Below the pieces are notes generated by a model that searched no databases, was not told the origin of the DNA, and worked only from the letters and a program-made list of their open reading frames with translations. This document shows positions 25,401 to 37,400 of a DNA stretch of 64,000 nucleotides, one piece after another. Made by a program: the position numbers and the translations under genes. The stretch covers positions 2,170,001-2,234,000 of the forward strand of contig CAJINV010000008.1 of the NCBI GenBank assembly GCA_905178155.1. The letters are read 5' to 3'. The first letter of the stretch is position 1; each line of letters starts with the position of its first letter. Source of the DNA: Amoebophrya sp. A120. Its lineage: Eukaryota > Protista > Dinoflagellata.

Positions 25401-28400
25401 ATGCTGAAGGAAGTGGAAACGCATCTTCACCACCGCCCCAGGCGTGTTCCCGCCCTGCCTCTGATCCGCGTGCCTATATCCGATTTAGATATGCTTTACT
25501 CCTCATGCCTCGGCGATAACTGCAACCCGACGGCAGCGCTCAAACGGCCGGCTAACGACGCGAGTGCTGGAACCGAGTCAAGCCCATATGTTACGCATAC
25601 AGGAAACCATACAGAATTGGGCACTTCCGCTGATTGGATCGAGGTGCGCTTCAAGGATCGCGTGCCTCGCAAGGTCGCGGGTGTGGTCCTTTTCAAGCGC
25701 AACAGAGCAAACCAAGAGCACGACGTAAAACTTCAAGAAATCGGGCAAATTTTTTTGAACGGTTCCCCCACCGCTTTCAAGAACACGCCGAGTTTGGTCG
25801 ACTTTACAGGGACCTGGATTTCTATCGACCAGGAGGCGTGGTCGATACGGCTTCAGTATGCTTGGTTAGTGATCGTCGCTGGGTGGTGGGTGTTTGATAT
25901 CCTGTGCAAAAGTATCGTACAACTCGTATTGCAAACATGCATTGCAAATCGTTTTCTTAAGGTAAATCAGCATAGCATTACATTTCTCCTACCGAGGAAA
26001 TTTGTAATGCATTTACTTAATTAGCGGCCCTTTCATAAGTCCGGACATTTCACTCCTTGTCACATACCCAACGCTAAAGAAAAAAAAACGAATTTTGAAT
26101 AAGTCGGAACGTGTCCAGGAGCTGCGTCTGCAGCTACTCGCTCTTGTACAGCAGGCGCGCTCCCTTTTTTAGTTCCGTACAACAAGAAAAGAAGCAAGAG
26201 GCCTGTTTACAAGGAGCCTGCGCTTTATCAATGGCGTAGGCTTCTGAAGCAGCTTGCGCAGGGAAATAACGCGACGGAAGAAGTAGAAACAGCCAGCCGA
26301 AGAAAGTTCTCGACAGCTCGGAAACTTTAGTCCCCGTCGGCTGCCACCCAATGCAGTGCGCCGGGCGGCTTTGGTGTTTGTGTTTCCGTATAATAAACCA
26401 CGCAAGTGTGTTGCGCATTTGCGACGCCTGTTCCTTTGTCCATCGGCGCCGCATCTGCAACACCTTGCACAGTGTAGGCATCAGGAATACACAAACACGC
26501 CAAGAAAACAGGAACACTGATAGTCCGCACATTGCTACAGGTTGCGACTGTGCAGGCGCGCGCAGTGTAGTAAGTAAGCGGGCAGTTCTCGTTCTGGACC
26601 TGGAAGATGCGCCACGCTGCGCTGTACTGTCCGAGAGACCAACCATGCTCTCTTTGCAGTAATTACGTGCTTCATGTTTTTTTTGGTTAGACCTGTGTAT
26701 TGAGTCAGCACGAGAGAGTTCTATTTGCTGTCCTAGTTCCGCCGAGCTAATTCGGCAATTCTGACGTTTTTTTATGGGCGGCGAGGTAAAAACGCGTACT
26801 CAGGTCGGCGGGTTTAGGACTCTATTTCTCGATGACAGAACTTTTGCTCAAAAACAGCACACCAAACGCCGATGCTGTGGTCCATTTTTCTGTATCTTTG
26901 TAAGTCCAAACAGCGCGCCTTGTCCCCATGCTATGGTGGACATTCCGTGCTTTTTAAGGTGAAAACTTTAAGGAAAACGTCTGCAAAAATCTGGAACTTT
27001 ACTATACCAATCTCCAAGTTTTAAACCAGTACAGCGACTCCCAAGTTCTAAAGTAATTAAGTTTTATAGTTTTTTCGAAATTCTTAATGATCTCCAATTT
27101 CTCATAGCTTAACCAATGGTCCCCAAGTCTCCCAGGTCTGTTGTCTGCTGAAAAACGGTTCTATCCTACGCGAAACGCAAACACACTATTTTACGACCGA
27201 GGTTGGTGTTGCGGTGGCGTGACACCAGTCTTGAGTCTGCGTGGAGAGGCAGATAGACGCCTTCTCGCGCAATAGCTCAAAGTCAAAAAGTCAAAGACTC
27301 AGTACTTACTCAGTTGAGCGCTTCGGAGTGCTATGCGGGGACGGCTGCTCTGCGGGGGGACTGCTGGATGGAAGCTTAGGAGAAAAATTTGCGCGGGGAG
27401 TATTGGGGCATGAATTTCGAGTAAGCAGCCCTCTGAAACGCACCAAAGCAGTGCGCGCGTATTTAGACCCAGAAAATAGGTGGGCAAGCGGCGTAGATAG
27501 GTTGCAATGCTCGGGGGCTGACGGGATATACGGGCACTGTAAGCAAAATAAAAAAAGCCCGGGTAGGAAAAATGCACTTTGCGTTTTTTCCTACCCGGGG
27601 TTTTTATTTTCAAAGCCCCGGGTAGAAAATATTTATCCGCTGCTCTGCACGTCTGTGAGGGTGATGACATGTGATAGATATTTCCTACCCGGGGTTTTGA
27701 AAATAAAAACCCCGGGTAGGAAAAAGTTGAAAACTCATATTTCCTACCCGGGCTTTTTATTTTCAAAACCTCGTAACGCCCCTCCGAAATCTGGGCGGCG
27801 CGGCAGTGCCGCGAGAAATTTTTTTTCGGATCGCGGAGAGCTATGTGAGGTTTGGAAAACCAAAACCGCGTATAGCCCCCTCGAAATTTGGGTGGCGCGG
27901 CAGCGCCGCGAAGAATTTTTTTGGTTCGCGGACGGCTGTGTGAGGTTTTCAAAGCGAAAACCTCGTATAGCCTCCTCGAAATCTGAGCGGCGCGGCAGCG
28001 CCGCGAAGAATTTTTTTTTGGTCCGCGGATAGCTATGTGAGGTTTTGAAAGTCAAAATCTCGTATAGGCCCCTCGAAATTTGGGCGGCGTAGCAGCGCCG
28101 CGAAAAGTATATTTCCTACCCGGGCTTTATATTTTCAAAACCTCGTATAGCCCCTCCGAAATCTGGGCGGCGCGGCAGCGCCGCGAGTGTTTTTTTTGGT
28201 TCGCGGATGGCTATGCGCGGATGGCTATGTGAGGTTTTGAAACCCAAAACCTCGCATAGCCCACCCAAAACTTGGGCGGCGCGGCAGCGCCGTGAAGAAA
28301 TTTTTTTGGTTCGCGGAGGGCTATGTGGGGTTTTGGAAGCCAAAACCTTGGATAGCCCCCTCAAAATTTGGGCGGCGCGGCAGCGCCGCGAAGAAGTTTT

Positions 28401-31400
28401 TTGATTTTGCAACGCGGAGGGCTATAATGTCAGGTTCCGAAAACCTAAACCCCACTTAGGCCTCAGGGGGTCGCATCGGGTAAGTCGCGCCAACGCGCGG
28501 GCGCAGGGGCTGCAGCGCTGCATTTGGTTTCTACCGTCAGTGGTGTGGGCCAGAATGTGAAAAGTCAATTGACCTATGACCTTTATGAAAGGGCCGCTAA
28601 TTACGTCATGCAGGTATACGAGTAGGTGTAGGAGTGCGGTACTTATGCAGTTTATACTTGAGGACGCGAAGTACCCCAGCAGCGTCGCGGCCTGGAACCG
28701 CGACACAGAGACACTGCGAGTTCCCGAGTCGCTTTTGCGCGCGTCACAATCCAGTATCCGCTCATCAACCTATCCAACATATAGCGCGAACAAACCGCTG
28801 CAGTACGTGATGGGAACAGCTACAGAGTGGTTCGGTGGCTACTGTGCGTACACGGATGACACTGGTAGTGACAGCCTGAACTGGTGGCGCGTCGAGTTTG
28901 CGGATCAGAAGAGGCATCACGTCTCCCTCCTTCATCTCTTCAACCGTGATGCGGACGCGCAACGCCAGATGCGGCTGAACAAAGGCACCGTTTGGCTGGA
29001 TCCCCCTATCACAGTAGACGAAGACGATCTTCCAGCGCAGGCAACCGCAATCGGCCAGGAGCTGTTCGCGCTCTTGACGGGAGGAAACCTGACCGCTGGA
29101 ACCGACTATATCCAGCTCGGAACCATAGCTGGCGGCGCGAGCGGGGGCACGCAGATTCCGCTGAACGTGGGCGGGTTGCTCGCGGCAACGCATATCCACT
29201 GCAAATATGTGTGGGTCTGGAAAGGTGCAAACTTGTGATGCTCCCTGACTGGTGTCAGACGCACAAAAATCTGTCATGCGTGAGCAGCAGTCTGTGTCTG
29301 TTTACTTACTTATGTCATCCGTGAGCAGCCGAAGCTCCTATTTTTCGCCACGCTGAGAGAGGATTTCTCATGTGGAGTAGGCATTGTGTTTGTGAAGCTC
29401 TTGGAAATAACCTGTGAAGGTAGACTCTGCATTGCGAACCTTCTTGTCAGTCTATGCAAAACCTGCACGTGAAACGCTGCACTTTTCAAGACCCAGACAT
29501 ATTTTCAATGCACAACTCAGCCTGTGCGACGAATCTATGTCTTGGCGCCGCTCGATCGTAGTAGCTCCAACGGGGCTATCGAGTGCACATATGCCTGGGT
29601 CTGAGAGATTGCAAACTTGTGATGCGTCCTGTGGGTCACACAAAAACCTGTCTTACATGATTAAGTGCCAAAAGATGCCCGCTACGACCAAATTTAGAGG
29701 TTTCTATCAAAGACAGAAACGTCACAGAATCTGTCATGCAGCTAGGTCCTGCACTCCAGACGCAGACCTCCTGGGGCATGGACAAGCTGCGTGACAATTC
29801 TCCACATGTAGTGATTGGGGCATGGAGAACCTGCACGACAAGTCTTCACATCTCCGTGTCGTCACATGTGGTTCTTGAGCTTGGTTTGCGTGTGTCAGAG
29901 GTTTGCTGTTGGTTAACACACCAGAATTTAAAGTGCACCCCTGGGCGTCTGAACGTTTGGACCAAACGAGTAAACGTCTGGAAAGATCTCTAAACCTCTC
30001 GGCTTCCTTTGCATACAAAAGTGAAGACGGTGGAAGGGTTGGGTTGGGGGTCTAGGGTTTGGGGTTTCTGGTCGTTGGCCAGGGCAGCCGCCGCGGCCGG
30101 CCGGCCGGCGGCGGCTGCCCTTGCCGGCGATTCTCTTCCGTGTTGCGTTTGCGCCGCTGCCCCGCCCCCCGCCCTCGGCCGGCCGGCCGGCGGCGGCTGC
30201 CCTTGCCGGCGATTCTCTTCCGTGTTGCGTTTGCGCCGCTGCCCCGCCCCCCGCCCTCGGCCGGCCGGCCGGCGGCGGCTGCCCTTGCCGGCGATTCTCT
30301 TCCGTGTTGCGTTTGCGCCGCTGCCCCGCCCCCCGCCCTCGGCCGGCCGGCCGGCGGCGGCTGCCCTGGTCGGCGACCCTCTTCTTTGTTGTGTTTGCGC
30401 CGCTGCTCCGCCCCTTGCCCGCCGTTCTATTGCCTCCCCTCTGCGGTTTTCCTTGCTTATCACCGCCGCGATTCTTCTCCCCTGTGCCTCCTTTTGGTTG
30501 CTTCGTTATCGCCACCATCGAGATTCTTCGTTCTCCCTGTCAGCCAGTCTCCGACAACAAGAAACGACAGACGGGCTGCAATCTCAGCGAAGCTCGCGAC
30601 GTCACGTCGATAGTTCGGGCCCGCGGGCGATCGTTTGGACGCGTGATCGTGTGGCCCGGAAAGTTTAGACGAAAAAGTTTGGGTTCTGTCCTTTGCTGTT
30701 TATGGCCTTTCCCGGCCTCTCCCATGGGTAAATAATGGAAATGGTGAACCGCGATGACTGCCGCCGGGGACATTCATACGGTGTCAGCCGGATGGCTGTG
30801 GTCTGGCTCGTACTGCGAACGCAGCCGAGTGGCCCTTACCGGGCTCGCCTTTGATGGGCAGGCGGATGATTGTGACCGGTCTCGGCCATCAACATCCCTC
30901 AGCCGTAGCGCCTGGGCGTTGTATGGTCCGCAAATGGCGCCAGGGGGGGAAGCCGGGCGGCTGTGGCGTGCTCGGGCGGGGGCGCCCCGCTCCGTTTTCT
31001 CGGTCGGCTGAAAAATAACTAAGATTCCCGGCGCTTCAAAAATTCCCCGGCGCCGATCTGCCTTTCCGTCGGTCCCGGGGGTTTTGGTGGGTGCCCTGCC
31101 CGGTGTCGCCTCGGTCTCGCCGTGTTTTGGCAATTTTGGCGTCCACCACTTTCCCTCGGTTCCGGGCACCGAATGTATTCTCGGTGGGCCCCACCCTGCC
31201 GCCTGATGGGCCGCCAAAGAAATTGAAGATTTAATAATTCGGGCAGTTTTTGATTTTATCTCGGGCGCCCAAAGGTTGCGGCCGCGCTCCCCGAATCCGG
31301 TCGCAGTCATGTGGGTGCTCTTCGCGTCGTCTTTTGGGTTGGGGCGCGTCCTGTCCCCGGGGTGTTTCGCATGTGTGGTCCCCGATGTTGGTGCATGTTG

Positions 31401-34400
31401 AGGCTCGGTTCGACGAGCATGATGGTTGAAAAATGTCAGCCATCATGTTCGGAACGGGCAGGATGTGAGGATGACGCGGCTTCGGAACTCGGGAGGGGAG
31501 CATCAAAATGTCTTCTACGCCGGCACTTTGATGCTCCCGCCCCGGCTTCTAGTTCTAATCTTCTTCGAGTTCTGTTGGTCATGTGATCAGAACCCTACCA
31601 CAACCATGTCTGAAGCTTCTCCAGATGATCTGAAATGCCTGTTCCCAAGTGAGCAAATCAATGGGCATGCCGCTTACGGGCTGAGTCCATTGATTCCGTT
31701 CTGAATGACCTGAACGAGCTAGATCAAGTTGACAGAATACGATAGAAATGAGCCATCAATGGCCTTGCCGCTTACGGGCTGAGTCCATTGATTCGGTTCT
31801 ACTGTCCAGGTCGTATGGCTCTGCTCCTTACTTGATCACTTTAGTAGTTTGCCGCGAATCAATGGCCTTGCCGCTTACGGGCGGAGTCCATCGATTTGGT
31901 TTGGATTGCTCCCCTGGCTGTACTTGGATTCCTATGATTTTGCTCATGCTTTGATACGAATCAATGGTCTTGCCGCTTACGGGCTGAGTCCATTGATTCG
32001 CATGGATCTGAGTCCGAGCGGTCCATAAGAAGGTGATGAATTTGAATGACATTGAACCCACAGGATGCAACGCAGCCAGAGGCTTTCGCCCTGTCTGCTG
32101 AGCGATTGAAGTGCTGGAATTGGTTGAGAGACCTATGCAGGTAGAAGCTTTAGTCACTCAGTGTGGCAGGTGTGTTCAAAGTCCAACACTGCGCTGCGAC
32201 TTAGACGCGCATCTGTGCTACTTACACTAGTGAAAGTAGACTCAGCAAGAAAGCAAGATGACTGTGGCATCCGCAGAGATCGACGCGAAGCTGCCGGGTG
32301 CGACGGGTTGGATTGAGTGGGATCGCTCTGTCCGTGAGGAGGTTTCGCGCCTCGGACTAGACATCCAGTTCAGTCAGAGAGCCCGCGGGCCGCGGGAGGC
32401 ACTAAATCCCAGCTAATTTTTGCGGGATTTCCCCGAAGCCCTTAGGGCGGGCGGTGGTTTTCCTCCTCGGGCGCTGAAGGTTCCCGGGCCCGCAGGGTTC
32501 CACCCTTTTCCACCGCGCCCGGGGGGCCGGGTTTTTTTCAAATCCCCCCGTTGGCCCCGCGTGTGTTTTTCAATGAAAAGCCACGACGGAAATTAAAATT
32601 TAAAAATTAGGGCCGTTTGCAGGGGATTCGGAATTTCGAACGCCGCGGGGGCTTCTTTGGTATTTTCGTACCCGGGTGGCCCCGAAGGTGGAGGGCAGCG
32701 CTCGTGGTCTGGTTTTCATGGGGGCCCTCGGATTTTCGGCTTGGGTTGTGAAGACCTGGGCCGTGTGGCCAATGTTGCTATCCCTGCACCCTATCCCTGT
32801 TTCGTTCTTTCGCAAAGCCATTGTCGTTGGGCTTTTCGAAAGCGTTCNNNNNNNNNNNNNNNNNNNNNNNNNNNNNNNNNNNNNNNNNNNNNNNNNNNNN
32901 NNNNNNNNNNNNNNNNNNNNNNNNNNNNNNNNNNNNNNNNNNNNNNNNNNNNNNNNNNNNNNNNNNNNNNNNNNNNNNNNNNNNNNNNNNNNNNNNNNNN
33001 NNNNNNNNNNNNNNNNNNNNNNNNNNNNNNNNNNNNNNNNNNNNNNNNNNNNNNNNNNNNNNNNNNNNNNNNNNNNNNNNNNNNNNNNNNNNNNNNNNNN
33101 NNNNNNNNNNNNNNNNNNNNNNNNNNNNNNNNNNNNNNNNNNNNNNNNNNNNNNNNNNNNNNNNNNNNNNNNNNAATTAGAATAGAAAATAGAGCCCAAA
33201 AATAGAAACAAAATTAGCCGCAGAATTAGCAGCGAAAATAGCCGCCCGCGGGGGGTGTTTCGTATGGCTGTAACTGGGTGGGGTGTTCAATGGGTGACTT
33301 TGCTTTTCGGGCGGTTTTGGGATTTGGGGTTTTGCTTTGTGGGAATTCATCCTGTGCGAGATTGCCGGCGTTGCCATGCTCCATGTGTAGAAGACGGCCT
33401 GCTTCTCGTTGTTTTGTTTTTCTTGTCCTGGAGCCCCTCTCCTGATTGTTTTGGGACCTCGCGCGCGGCAACTTGCGTTGTCGCTTTTTCGGGTTTGGGC
33501 CTTCAACTATTATCCCGCTTGTCGGGGTTTGAAAAAATCCCGCAGAAATTAGCTGGAAATTAGCGGCCGCCACCGCCCCGGGGTTTCTAACTGATCCACT
33601 TCAACAGCGTCGTCGTCAATCTCGGTCAGCCCGGCCTCCCCGGGGGACCCGGGCAGCAGGCTCAGGCGGTTGCTCAGAAATGGCGCAACCTGAAGGCCGC
33701 GCTGCTGAAGTCCTTGGCTGGTTCTTGTAAGACCTGGCTGCACGCTCGTCCGAATTACAACGATCTGAATGCCGGAGCGTTGTGTTTGGAGCTGCGTGAC
33801 GTCGGTCACTACAACCAGCAGAACAGGACCCAGCAGAAAATCCGGTCAGCTGGTCTTGAATCGATGAAATTCGATGACCGCGACCAACCTCAGGGTCCGC
33901 CTACCTTCCTCGCCAAGGCAAGGCCAAGCGCATCATGGACCAGTCCCCTGCGGTGTTTCCGCCTGATGCTGCGCGTCCCCTTCCCGACCAGCAGGCCCAG
34001 AACATCTTAGACTACCTGCCCAAGATGTTTTCCAAGGGTTTCAGGGACACGATCGCGCGCATGGTGGAAGACGGCGCCCAGCTGACCATGCAGCAAATGG
34101 GTGACAAGCTGGCGACCCGCCTGCAGGCCATGATCAAGGACGGCGAGCACAAGGTGGAGAGTTCCAGCATCGGCATGCAAGGCGTTCCCGACGGTTGACT
34201 ACGACCAGGACAAGGCCGGGGGAGCCGTTTCCAAGAGACGCCCCCAGGCTCGTGGCAATGATGAGGACGGTAAAGCTTTCATGTCTGCGACTGCTCTCAA
34301 GCGGTTCAAGGCTAAACTGAAAAAGAAAGTTACCGCCGAAGTCCCCGCAGCCTGCCCAGGGTGGTGATCCTTCTACCCGCAAGGGCCAGAAGGGGAAAGG

Positions 34401-37400
34401 CAAGAAGGACAGGAAGGACTACTGGAAGAATATCCAGTGCTACAAGTGCGATGACTGGGGTCGCCACGCTTGGGAGTGTCCTACCGGCGCTGCGTCTACA
34501 GGAGGGAAACCCAAAGGCAAAGGAAGGGGCAACGCGTCCACCGGTTTTGGTGGGCCCGCGGTCTACTCGGACTGGGGTGGTGCCTGGGTCTGGCACGATG
34601 CCCGCGCTGGATCGGGATCCGGCAAGCCCGGACCGAGCTGAGACGAGGATCAAGATCCGGAACGGGGAAGATGTTGTTTGAATTTTGAGGAGGGTGAGAA
34701 TTATTGCGAGAGCGTCGTAGATTCGGTAAACTCTGCCGCTACTATGTTGGCTGTCGTTGGTTGGTTATTGTGCAGCCAGTTACCTAGGTGGAAAGCAGGC
34801 GAACCTAGTGGACAGCTGTGCAAGCAGATATTTGTCGAAGCACGCTGATGATTTTAAGAAAATCACGGGCCGACGCTGTACCATCAACGGAACAGCTGGC
34901 GCACGCGATGGATTTATTGGAGAACTAAAACAAGACCAATTAAACCTGCGACGTGGTGTTTATTTCAAAGATCTACCAAAGGACATTGATAGGAGTTTGC
35001 CTTGGCTCGGTGAGGGCAACAGGTCACAAGTAGGATGGGAGCTAACCTTTCACAGCACCGGCGGAACCATTGCCCACACTGGTACCGGCCGCGTGTTGGA
35101 CGTGAAGAATCGCCCCAGAATGTGCCTTCCCGTCCTCGGTTGCAACTTGTTTGACCTGCAGGAGGCAGATAGCACGGACCTCGTCTGTACTACTGTCGCC
35201 CAGGCCTCTTCTAGTGCTTGTTATTTGGCTAAACTAGAACTACGCAGACGCTTAGGACGCTTCCACGTGGACGGGCTCAGCGCCAGCTGTTCCGAGTGCG
35301 ATAGAACTAAAGGACAGAGAAGTCCACGCGTCAGCGTGCGAAATGTCGAAAATCATACACCTCAACCATTGAAACTATTAGCGTTAGACTTCGGCGTCGG
35401 TGTGAAACCCACTTCAATGATGAGGCGCACCTGTGTCCTTGTTGGTATCTGCGATGCCATCAAGAAGTGCTTTGCCAGGCCTCTCTTGTACAAGAGCGAC
35501 TGCGTTGAGGAGATTGGAGCGATTATCAAGGGCATTCGCGCAGACTGGTCATTGTCCTTGGGTGACAAGGTCTTTTGATTGGTTCCTGAGACGGGACAAG
35601 GAGCCAGCTCTGGGCAGTGAGCACATGACCAAAGTCATGCAATTGCTGCAGATCTGTGACGCTCCGCCTGTTCCTCACAATCCTGAGCAGAACGGAACTT
35701 GCGGACGTTTTATGCGGACGCTGTTCGGCTCCTGCCGTGCAGGCACGTTCACGGCGATCGCCGATTGTGGTCCTATGCCATAGTCTACAGCGGTGATTGT
35801 TGGGACCGGCTGCCGCATAAATATGCAAAGACGCCAGAGCATGACGGAGAGACTAGAGGACTGGAAGGAACAGTGCGAAGCAAGGCATTGGCCTGCTCAG
35901 GCGCTTACTTTGGTTGTCTTGTTTACTTCCGTGAACAAATCAAGACGGACAGAGAAGGGCAAGGAGGTCCCAGGCTCAGTCCGCCCGTTCGTCGAGGAGT
36001 GTTTCGGGCTTTGTCCTAAGTCATCGGGCTGGCTCGTGGGCACCTTCTTTACAGACGATCGGACACGAGACGGACATCGGTGAGCCGAGTACTCTACTCG
36101 CGATGTCAAGTCTCGAGAGGATTTACGCGCCAAGAGCATCGACTGGCTCCTATCCAGTTCGAAGGGAGTCTTCATACCAATGGACTACCTGGAAGACCTC
36201 CAAAGTGGCGCACCGCAACCGGTTCCACCCGCGCTTGGACGGCTAGACTCGCAATCTAGTTCGGCTCATCGCCTGGAGGTTCATGGGGCGGGGCACGCGG
36301 AGGAATCGACCGCCGGCTTAGAACTTCAAGTAGAGACACTGGACAGAGAGGTAGGAGGAAGAAGGTCCAGGCGAATCCCCCGAAGCTCCTATACTTTTGC
36401 AAGCTGAGGAGTGGAACCTCGCAGCGCGCAACAGTGGAGGAGGGGAACAAGCTCGCGCACCGAGCAAGGTTTGTGGCTGGCAACCGCAATTCCAAGCCGC
36501 GTCGCGGACGCCCGAAAAGGGTCAAGGATAAGAAGAAACGCACTCGGCGCACAAAAGCACAGCTCGAGCAGCTGAAGAAGAGCGCAGAGGCGTTTGCCGC
36601 AGCGAATTGGAACGCTATAGGCATGCTTGGCGATGGTGAGGAGATCGCCGAGGCCATAGCGATGCTGACGAACGCGGACGCCTGGGGAGCTTATCTGTCC
36701 GCTGAGAAGGCTGTCAAATTGCCTGACCCCGAGCTTGCAGCTAGGTGGCGGAAGGTAATTGACAAGGAGGAAGCTCGTCTGCTAGCATATGAGACGTGGG
36801 CGCCAGCCTCTGACGAGGAGCTACGTACCTAGCTACCGCGAGGCAAGTGCTTCCAATCGCTATCGTACTGACCATCAAGCGCGATGGGACGCACAAGGCT
36901 CGAGCCTGTGTGCTTGGCAATCTTGATCGGTCGTGTGATGTTGACACGTTCGCGCCAGTGGTATCGCATGCACCTAGTCGCTTGCTCCTGGTGTCTGCAG
37001 CCGTGCCGCAGAGGGCGGCCATGTCGTCCCGCATTATCTCGATAGCGCGCTCCTTAGTGCCTCGCTAGATCGCGACGTCTACTGCCGCTTGCCACTCATC
37101 TGGGCAGCAAAGTACAGGAGTGCAGTCGTGAAACTACACAAAGCGCTCTACGGGCTAAAGGACGCACCGCGGGCCTGGTTCAAGAAGTATGAGAGCTTCT
37201 TGACCGAGTTAGGTTGGGAGCCTTGTCCTCCTGCGCCTGGTCTGTGGAGAAAGCCAAGCACATCGCACCCAGGAAGTGTTCTCACGCTTGCTGTCTATGT
37301 CGACGACAACTTGATTGCAGGGCCTGACCTTGCTGAACTTCGTGCCTCAGTCAGAGAGCCCGCGGGCCGCGGGGCGCACTAAATTGCGGCTAATTTTCGC

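Larger units (their letters stand above)
25898..28656. mobile_element. Expanded introner (2.76 kb) containing a nested TIR element
   Basis: TATCCTGTGCAAAAGTATCGTAC / GTGCGGTACTTATGCAGTTTATA; TSD TTTGA/CTTGA; removal fuses ORF 25365 to ORF 28576 (WWVFEDAKYPS). Confidence 0.75.

Noticed and set aside
30036-30070. Telomere-like GGGTT/TAGGGTTT tract
   Set aside because: It is too short and irregular, and it is internal to a nested repeat.
29928-30735. Overlapping 150-220 aa ORFs in all frames
   Set aside because: They are artefacts of the 82-bp GC-rich tandem repeat.
31656-31997. CRISPR-like array of palindromic repeats with spacers
   Set aside because: It lies inside TG..CA LTRs and is duplicated with the same spacers in the other LTR. 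There are no cas genes and the context is eukaryotic.
32600-33211. ORFs spanning X runs
   Set aside because: They are artefacts of the assembly gap.
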